From a virus: a stretch of 64,000 nucleotides of DNA. This document shows, one piece after another, positions 57,804 to 64,000 of the stretch. The notes under the pieces were generated by a model. The model had not been told where the DNA came from. It ran no database searches and worked only from the letters and a program-made list of their open reading frames with translations. The position numbers and the translations under genes were made by a program. The DNA lies in UHGV virus genome UHGV-0245395, one strand, 5' to 3'. Every line of letters starts with the position of its first letter. The stretch's first letter is position 1.

Positions 57804-58367
57804 ATGAAACTGTGCTACACAACTAGCTTAAATACCGGCCAGGGGCCGAATCGTCCAAGTGGATCCCTGGGCGGCTATATATCAGAGTTACCATTGAAGA
57901 ATGACGAATTTGATAACCTGTTTGGTGAGGTATCAATATACGGGGCCGCTAATGGGAAAACGGAATACCGTGCGTTGGTTCTTGTTAATGATGGAGAAAA
58001 AGCGGCTGAAGATGTTAAATTATGGGTGAGTACTGATGGCGAATCAAATTTCGGTGATATCCTTATAGCTCCGGTTGCCATGAATGAGGATAGTGAGGGG
58101 AGGCCTGTGATGGAAAGGATAGCTGATATTTATTCGAAACCTTTCGTCGGCGATTTTTCCCAGCCATCTGAATCGGATCCTATTAATATAGGTATAATGC
58201 CAGCCGGTATGGCTATCGGAATCTGGGTATGCCGGAAAATTAACAAGGATAACATCAAGGAAAGTTATAACGATCTGGCGAAACCGCTGGAATACAAGCA
58301 TTATTGGTTCGAGCCCGTTCCCAAAGAGACGGATGAGAGCTGGCAGTTGAATGTCAGCTGGAACTGA
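57804..58367 (+). CDS. Tail-associated protein
   Basis: SLGGYIS, NLFGEVS, EYRALVLVN, IWVCR; last gene of the module. Confidence 0.6.
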   Translation: MKLCYTTSLNTGQGPNRPSGSLGGYISELPLKNDEFDNLFGEVSIYGAANGKTEYRALVLVNDGEKAAEDVKLWVSTDGESNFGDILIAPVAMNEDSEGRPVMERIADIYSKPFVGDFSQPSESDPINIGIMPAGMAIGIWVCRKINKDNIKESYNDLAKPLEYKHYWFEPVPKETDESWQLNVSWN

Positions 58368-58370
58368 TAT

Positions 58371-58395
58371 AAAGAGGGTTTTTACCCTCTTTTTT
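58371..58395 (+). terminator. Terminator ending virion module
   Basis: AAAGAGGGT-TTTT-ACCCTCTTT plus T-run. Confidence 0.8.
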
Positions 58396-58477
58396 AATGT
58401 TTTTTCATGAAACTTTTTCGGGATTTCCGTTGTAAATCGATAAACATTGTGTATCTTTATAGTGTTGAAAATAATGA
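58386..58477 (+). repeat. 92-bp promoter cassette, identical to 50-141
   Basis: Exact match including operator at 58439-58455. Confidence 0.9.
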
Positions 58478-58503
58478 GATAACAAACTAAAAAGATAAGC
58501 AAT

Positions 58504-58800
58504 ATGAGAACAAGAGCTTTAACAACATCGGAATTAGCGAAAGCGTTGGTTGAGAAAAGAGGATCGAACACGGGAATGAATATGGAGGCTGATTTTAGCA
58601 AAACATATAAAGATGAGTGCAATTGTGTTGATTTTTTTGAAAATGAGAAAACAGGCGATTCAAGTGTTTGGTTGAGTAAAAAACATTATTATGAGGGAGG
58701 ATTTGGTTGTTCGGTTCGTCTTAAAATAAATTATTCCAAGTTAAAAGCGGCTGAAAAGAAAGAAGTGGTTGAATTTTTAAAAAGCGAGGGGTTGATTTAG
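58504..58800 (+). CDS. Hypothetical protein
   Basis: 98 aa behind cassette promoter. Confidence 0.7.
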   Translation: MRTRALTTSELAKALVEKRGSNTGMNMEADFSKTYKDECNCVDFFENEKTGDSSVWLSKKHYYEGGFGCSVRLKINYSKLKAAEKKEVVEFLKSEGLI

Positions 58801-58841
58801 CCCCTCGGTATAAACATATTATTAATTTAGAATTTAAAATT

Positions 58842-59423
58842 ATGCCATCAGTAAGATTAACAAACTCGGATCGATCCTTCATGATAAGGATGTTATTGAA
58901 ACCGTTGGAATCAAAAATTGATAAGGTTACAGCACAAATGGCTGACATGGTTACTCGATTCTGCCGGGAAAACATGCCGGAAAAACTTTTGGAGGCTTTT
59001 GATGCGTTTCCAGGCGTTTTCAAGGAGGAGGGCAACTTCCATTTCAGTGATTTTTTCAAACAAGATTGGCCTGATTTATATCAGAAATTAACGATTCGTC
59101 GATCATACGTTGATTTAAAACGTTGCCCGATATATTTTGATTACACGGATCAAAACGTGAAGTTCTCCGTTGCATTTAAATCATCACGGTTCTGGGCGGC
59201 CTTCATGGACGCGGCGTTGGAGCTGGGTAAAATGGAATCCGATCGGAACCAACTAAAAAATATGCTCACGTGCAAGCTCGATGAAATCTTGACACTTCGG
59301 AAACTGAAGGATGAGCTACCCGAGGCGTATACCGTTTTGATGCAAAAGGACGCCATTGAATTGATGGATGGTTGCACGAGCAGTGAGTTTATCCGGGCGA
59401 AGTTGGCCGCCGTGTCGAAGTAA
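58842..59423 (+). CDS. Nmad5-like protein
   Basis: N-terminal RLTNSDR and C-terminal TLRKLKDELPEA pattern. Confidence 0.5.
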   Translation: MPSVRLTNSDRSFMIRMLLKPLESKIDKVTAQMADMVTRFCRENMPEKLLEAFDAFPGVFKEEGNFHFSDFFKQDWPDLYQKLTIRRSYVDLKRCPIYFDYTDQNVKFSVAFKSSRFWAAFMDAALELGKMESDRNQLKNMLTCKLDEILTLRKLKDELPEAYTVLMQKDAIELMDGCTSSEFIRAKLAAVSK

Positions 59424-59941
59424 TGATACCCGTATACAAAATAATAACGGTATACGAATACCTCTATCAAAGAAAGTATTCCCAGCCGGATTTCACCTTA
59501 CCCAGGACTCCCAGGAACCTGAGATTGCTGGGTAAATTCCAACGTTCACTTCCGGTGGATAGCGGTGAGAGTTTCATCTGGAATTACTCCGTGTACGCGT
59601 TTTGGTGTTATGAGGGTTTGCTGACAAGGAGGAGGATAGAACTGAATTGGATTTACGGAGATAAGATGTACGCACGTTACAGGTCGAGATCGGAGGAACA
59701 GATTTATTACCTTCAACAGTACAAGGAGTCGAAAGGGATCAGGAACCCGCTGTCGGAGAAGTATGCTCTCATCCTATCTGACGAATACAAGGACAGGCAG
59801 AGAAAAAAATACTGGAACACACCTCGCGGGTATCTGAATTGCTTGGAGTTCGGTGGTCGGCTATTTGAGGGAGGAAACGTGTATTGCAAGAATTGTAAGT
59901 ATAAAAAGCAATGCGATGATCAATCAACAAGGAATTTGTGA
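59423..59941 (+). CDS. Hypothetical protein with C-terminal Cys cluster
   Basis: C...CKNC...C. Confidence 0.65.
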   Translation: MIPVYKIITVYEYLYQRKYSQPDFTLPRTPRNLRLLGKFQRSLPVDSGESFIWNYSVYAFWCYEGLLTRRRIELNWIYGDKMYARYRSRSEEQIYYLQQYKESKGIRNPLSEKYALILSDEYKDRQRKKYWNTPRGYLNCLEFGGRLFEGGNVYCKNCKYKKQCDDQSTRNL

Positions 59942-60347
59942 AGGATGCGGTAAATTTTGTCTTATAGTGAATAAAAAACATTCACTGTGTAATTCATGTA
60001 ACCGGAAAAGATTGGGGCGGGAAGACAAAATATCACAGCTAAAACAAGCTCCCTTGAGGCGATCGGCCGTTGTGAAAAAACAAGGTATTAAAAACAAGCC
60101 GAGAAAATCAACGGGTGAAAGGGAGATGTTTGAGGAGATCTGGGCGGAGAGACCACATTACTGCGAGAACTGCGGGAGCTACCTGGGTGAAGAACCCAAG
60201 GTTTTTTTCTTTGCTCATGAGAAAGGGAAGGGGGCTCACCCTGAACTTCGATTAGTGAAAACGAATGTGAAACTGTGGTGTTACACTTGCCACCATTTAC
60301 ATGATTTCGGTTCGAGAGAAGAATTTTTGAAAAGAAAAATCGAATAA
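59916..60347 (+). CDS. HNH endonuclease-like protein
   Basis: CENCG...FAH...NVKLWCYTCH; N-terminal zinc finger. Confidence 0.75.
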   Translation: MINQQGICEGCGKFCLIVNKKHSLCNSCNRKRLGREDKISQLKQAPLRRSAVVKKQGIKNKPRKSTGEREMFEEIWAERPHYCENCGSYLGEEPKVFFFAHEKGKGAHPELRLVKTNVKLWCYTCHHLHDFGSREEFLKRKIE

Positions 60348-60385
60348 ACTTTGTTTATCGAATAAAAGATAGTATTTTTACGTTT

Positions 60386-60889
60386 ATGAATGAAGAAGCA
60401 ATTAAGAAGGCGGTGGCCCAACATGAGAAATCATTTAGCGGGAAATACATCAACCCCATATCACAGGTTGATGTGAGAATTATATCAACCCTTCTAAAGA
60501 TGCTCGATAAGTGCGGGCATGAGGAAGTCAGTCAAGCCCTTGAAAAATACAAGGCAGTGAGTGATGAAGATATTGTGTTAAGATTGGAAAAGATTAACGC
60601 GAATATTGATACCGAGAATCCGATCAAGGATTTCTTCAACGGACTGGCTGGCAGGAGGACGAAGGTGATTACTTTTTCTGACATGGATTGTAATTGTATC
60701 GAGTTAAATGTGATTTTTACTTGGAGAAAAGCGGATGATAAATACGGAAACCCCGGCATATTACTGAACGAGGGAGATTTAGACGCATCAAAGCACCCCA
60801 TCATTTACAATAGGATGTTATCCTATGATAGTGAGGAAACGCGTGATGACGATTTTGACTTAATAACGAAACGAAAAAATGGGAGATAA
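60386..60889 (+). CDS. Hypothetical protein
   Basis: 167 aa; operator-like AATAAAC-TTT-GTTTATC at 60343-60359 upstream. Confidence 0.65.
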   Translation: MNEEAIKKAVAQHEKSFSGKYINPISQVDVRIISTLLKMLDKCGHEEVSQALEKYKAVSDEDIVLRLEKINANIDTENPIKDFFNGLAGRRTKVITFSDMDCNCIELNVIFTWRKADDKYGNPGILLNEGDLDASKHPIIYNRMLSYDSEETRDDDFDLITKRKNGR

Positions 60890-61118
60890 AAAGTGTATCC
60901 TAGGAGAAGTAACCCTTTCTACTTTGAGAGATTGGCTGAATTTAAACAAGGAAAAGCAAAACACAGGAAAACGTCTTGATTTCACAATCAATGATGTGAA
61001 GGCTTATTGTAGCAGAGGTCGGCTACCTAAGTATCTAGGTGGCAACCGGATTGAGAGAGTGGTATCAAAGAAAGATGCGAGAATTAAAGTTTATAATCTA
61101 TTAGCAAATGAAGAGTAG
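60879..61118 (+). CDS. Small basic hypothetical protein
   Basis: 79 aa overlapping neighbours. Confidence 0.6.
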   Translation: MGDKKCILGEVTLSTLRDWLNLNKEKQNTGKRLDFTINDVKAYCSRGRLPKYLGGNRIERVVSKKDARIKVYNLLANEE

Positions 61119-61767
61119 TATTAAATACGTCATAGTCCAAGACTATGAAACTGGCGGCTTGCCGAGTTCGACCAAGAAACCGTTCTTGGATGTACCTTTA
61201 TGCGAGGTTGCGTGTGTCGTGGTTGACATGGAGAAACTTGAAATTATCGATGAATACCAAGACATGTTCAAGCCTAATTATAAAGAAGGTTTGGTTTATG
61301 AACCAAAGGCGTTGGAGGTAAACGGTTTGACACTTTCGATGCTGGAGGAAAGAGGGAAGGATGCAAAAGAGGTTTACAATAATCTAAAGCAATTGTATCT
61401 GAAATATAAGAATCCAAGGCAAGGTGCCGTCGTTTGCGGCCATAATTTCACTGGGTTCGACCACCCGTTTACCATAGAACTCTTCGCCTATCACGGTGAT
61501 GATGTGTGGAAATACGTTAAATGGGTCGAGGATACGCAGAAACTGGCGTATTACGCGAACTTGGAACAACAGGACTATAAATTGGCAACGTGTTGCGCTG
61601 ATAACAATATCGCTTTAACAGGAGCTCACCGGGCGATAAATGATACGAGGTCAAACGCACAACTGTTCATATCCTATATCAAGAAATTGAGGGGTGAGGG
61701 TATCGCAGTATCAAAGGAGGAAAATAAACCCTTCAGAGAACAATTTAAATTTCAGATTCCATCATGA
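61108..61767 (+). CDS. DEDDh 3'-5' exonuclease (DnaQ-like)
   Basis: DYETGG, GHN..GFD, HRAIND. Confidence 0.9.
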   Translation: MKSSIKYVIVQDYETGGLPSSTKKPFLDVPLCEVACVVVDMEKLEIIDEYQDMFKPNYKEGLVYEPKALEVNGLTLSMLEERGKDAKEVYNNLKQLYLKYKNPRQGAVVCGHNFTGFDHPFTIELFAYHGDDVWKYVKWVEDTQKLAYYANLEQQDYKLATCCADNNIALTGAHRAINDTRSNAQLFISYIKKLRGEGIAVSKEENKPFREQFKFQIPS

Positions 61768-63416
61768 TTTTATCTCCGATACAGGAAAGTTATGTTAACA
61801 ACTATGTAGAAGAGATATTAAAAAGTTTACCCCCAAAGGCGGTTCAGGAGCTTCTATCCGGGTATGAAAATGATTTGGAGAAGCTCCTGATCAGTATGAA
61901 AGAACAAGTATCAATCGTGACCAACATGGATCGAACGATTGATATTGAGAAACTGGAATATCTCTCCAACATGGAGCAGAGCATGGACTTATCCTTGCGA
62001 AAATTAAGTTACAACTATTTCAAAACAACCATGCTTCCGAGTTTCAGGCAGGGGTGGAGAAACTTGGAGTGGGGTAATTTATTCCAGTTGTACCCTTATA
62101 ACGGGCTTCTCGCAAGCCGCGGATCGGGAAAAAGTTTCGAAGGGTGTTTCGCGTTCACCATCTGGCGCCTGTATTCATATGATCGACCTACCACGTTTAT
62201 TCGAGATAGCATCGATAATATGAACAGACAAGAAACATGTATCATAACGAACAATGAGACCCTGGGAAAGAAACATATCGCCCGTATAATCTCGGAATTT
62301 GAACAGAATGATCTTTTAAGGGAAAAGATAAATCCAAACGGGAAGGCAAAACTGGCGGCAACGTCCATAACGACAGAAACAGGATCTATTCTCCACTTGA
62401 GAACGAAGGATTCCATGATTCGGGGTCTTCACGTTGGTGCCATTATATGCGATGACCTTCCGGATGAAAGTTCACTGTATTCCCAGGATCAGCGGGAGAA
62501 ATTGCATGAAGTTTTTTACGGATCTATCACGCCTTGCGTGGAACCGTACGGTTATCTATGTGTTTTGGGTACCCCTTATTCGCCTGCCGATATATACGGT
62601 GATTTGAAGAAGGATGCTCGATTCAGGGTATTCGAATATCCAGCTATATTTCCTGACGGGCAGTTGTTGGCACCGGATCGATTAACATTTAAGAAATTAA
62701 CCGAGGAACGACTTTCACTGGGAACGATGGTGTTCAATCGAGAATACTTGGTTGTTCCGATCGCTGATACTGCGACCATCTTCCCCTATGAATATTTGAA
62801 AAGATCGATCCGAGGAATGGAGAATATCGGTTTCGCCAATGATATAGAAAGTTTCCCGATCAAATTAGTGAGGGTGGTTATGGGTTGTGATTTTGCCATA
62901 TCGGGTAATGTCGGTGCGGACTATACTGTGTATACTGTGTGGGGGATAGACGCTAACGGGCTGATATACCTTATCGCGTTATTCAGGATGCAAGGTGCGA
63001 GTCATGATTTGCAGGTGAATAAGATATTGGAATGGAATGCCAGGTTTAAACCCAATAAGATAATATGTGAGGCGAACGGTTTTCAACGGATTCTGGCCGG
63101 AATGGCGAAAGAGCGGGGGTTGGTGAACATAGAGGAGTTCACCACGACCGAGGGAAATAAGAAGGACCTCCACCTAGGACTTCCATCCCTGTCAGCCTTG
63201 TTTGAAGGTGCTCGCCTTCGGGTGCCCTACGGAAATGATGATACGAGGAAATTAGTTGATATTATGTTCGGTGAATTTAATTCGATAGCGTTTAACTCGA
63301 AAAAAGGAACGTTGGAGTCGGCTTCAGGTCATGATGATATCTGTATGTCGTCGTTCATGGCGATACAGGATTTAAGAGAGAACAAGAGCGTCGCTATCAT
63401 TGATTACATGGATTAG
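61764..63416 (+). CDS. terL: Terminase large subunit
   Basis: ASRGSGKS Walker A, IICDD Walker B, GTP coupling motif, GCDFA and HDDICMS nuclease motifs. Confidence 0.92.
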   Translation: MILSPIQESYVNNYVEEILKSLPPKAVQELLSGYENDLEKLLISMKEQVSIVTNMDRTIDIEKLEYLSNMEQSMDLSLRKLSYNYFKTTMLPSFRQGWRNLEWGNLFQLYPYNGLLASRGSGKSFEGCFAFTIWRLYSYDRPTTFIRDSIDNMNRQETCIITNNETLGKKHIARIISEFEQNDLLREKINPNGKAKLAATSITTETGSILHLRTKDSMIRGLHVGAIICDDLPDESSLYSQDQREKLHEVFYGSITPCVEPYGYLCVLGTPYSPADIYGDLKKDARFRVFEYPAIFPDGQLLAPDRLTFKKLTEERLSLGTMVFNREYLVVPIADTATIFPYEYLKRSIRGMENIGFANDIESFPIKLVRVVMGCDFAISGNVGADYTVYTVWGIDANGLIYLIALFRMQGASHDLQVNKILEWNARFKPNKIICEANGFQRILAGMAKERGLVNIEEFTTTEGNKKDLHLGLPSLSALFEGARLRVPYGNDDTRKLVDIMFGEFNSIAFNSKKGTLESASGHDDICMSSFMAIQDLRENKSVAIIDYMD

Positions 63417-63417
63417 T

Positions 63418-64000
63418 ATGGAAAAGATAAACGCAAATTTTTTAAGTGAGCTATTTCGGAAGATGTTTCTTAGCAAGGAAATGATGATAGTAGTGGATCG
63501 CTATCTTGATTTCAAGTTCATACCCAAAGAGGAGGTTGGGTATAAATTCATTCTGAAGGAGGCGAAGGAACAGTTCCATCAATTTGAAAAGATACCCTCG
63601 CTGGGAACGATAGCGCAGAAGTACAATGACAACGATGTTGTCCAGATTGCCATCGATCAGGTCAAGGAATCACAGGTTGTTGATGATGAGATACTGTTAA
63701 CCCAGCTTGAAAGTTACATAAAGGATAGTGAGTTCCTTCTGTTGAACAAAAGAATAGTCGACCTGTATTCGGAAGGAAACAAGGAAGAGGCGTTGAGGGT
63801 TAGCAAGGAGGAGAGTACCCGGATCATGGAATTTTCATTGAGGTCACAGGCGGGGATGTTTTTGGATGTTTTCGGTGATTTTGATGCATGTAGGAAAAAC
63901 TGGCAGGAAACGGTTGAACAGGCACCACCCATTCCTTTCGGAATAGACGCGTTGGATGATAAGTACGGTGGGATAGACGTCGGCGACACGGAGATGTGGA
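63418..64000 (+). CDS. DnaB-like replicative helicase, truncated by window end
   Basis: Open from ATG 63418 (MEKINANFLSEL...) to the end; IPFGIDALDDKYGGIDVGD matches the pre-Walker A segment of DnaB. Confidence 0.7.
   Translation, partial: MEKINANFLSELFRKMFLSKEMMIVVDRYLDFKFIPKEEVGYKFILKEAKEQFHQFEKIPSLGTIAQKYNDNDVVQIAIDQVKESQVVDDEILLTQLESYIKDSEFLLLNKRIVDLYSEGNKEEALRVSKEESTRIMEFSLRSQAGMFLDVFGDFDACRKNWQETVEQAPPIPFGIDALDDKYGGIDVGDTEMW

Noticed and set aside
708..63989. Numerous minus-strand ORFs such as 708-1319, 24509-25150 and 58044-58622
   Set aside because: They are antisense shadows of well-supported plus-strand genes, with no motifs or promoters.
1..64000. Stop-codon reassignment as in some gut phages
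   Set aside because: Genes are intact in the standard code, and TAG, TGA and TAA all end well-defined genes (for example TAG for capsid and TerL).

Overview
This is a 64 kb piece of a large dsDNA myovirus genome. The host is very likely Bacteroidota: promoters read TTG-N19/20-TAyyTTTA, Shine-Dalgarno sites are not evident, and there is a DUF4494-like gene and a Bacteroidota-type lipoprotein. No tRNA, rRNA, integrase or CRISPR array was seen. Layout: (1) 1-12 kb holds short accessory genes behind repeated promoter/operator units, RNase H, a candidate small RNA, a putative endolysin and an orphan tail-fibre module. (2) 12-14.4 kb holds a short leftward operon headed by a winged-helix protein next to an iteron- and hairpin-rich putative origin. 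(3) 14.4-58.4 kb is a SPO1/Twort-like virion module: intein-containing portal, intein-containing MuF, protease, scaffold, capsid, neck, sheath, tube, tape measure, baseplate, fibre, LamG protein and an LRR-bearing baseplate protein. (4) 58.4-64 kb holds an HNH nuclease, a DEDDh exonuclease, the large terminase and the start of a DnaB-like helicase. The most interesting part lies between portal and protease (18.9-27.4 kb) and looks like a capsid-cargo system. Four proteins share a 21-aa tag placed just after a probable head-protease site (hydrophobic-x-K|A/S/G), and one of them ends in an ADP-ribosyltransferase. A neighbouring NUDIX / small helical / ferritin-like polyprotein has the same sites at its domain boundaries. 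All family calls come from motif recognition by eye; no searches were run.
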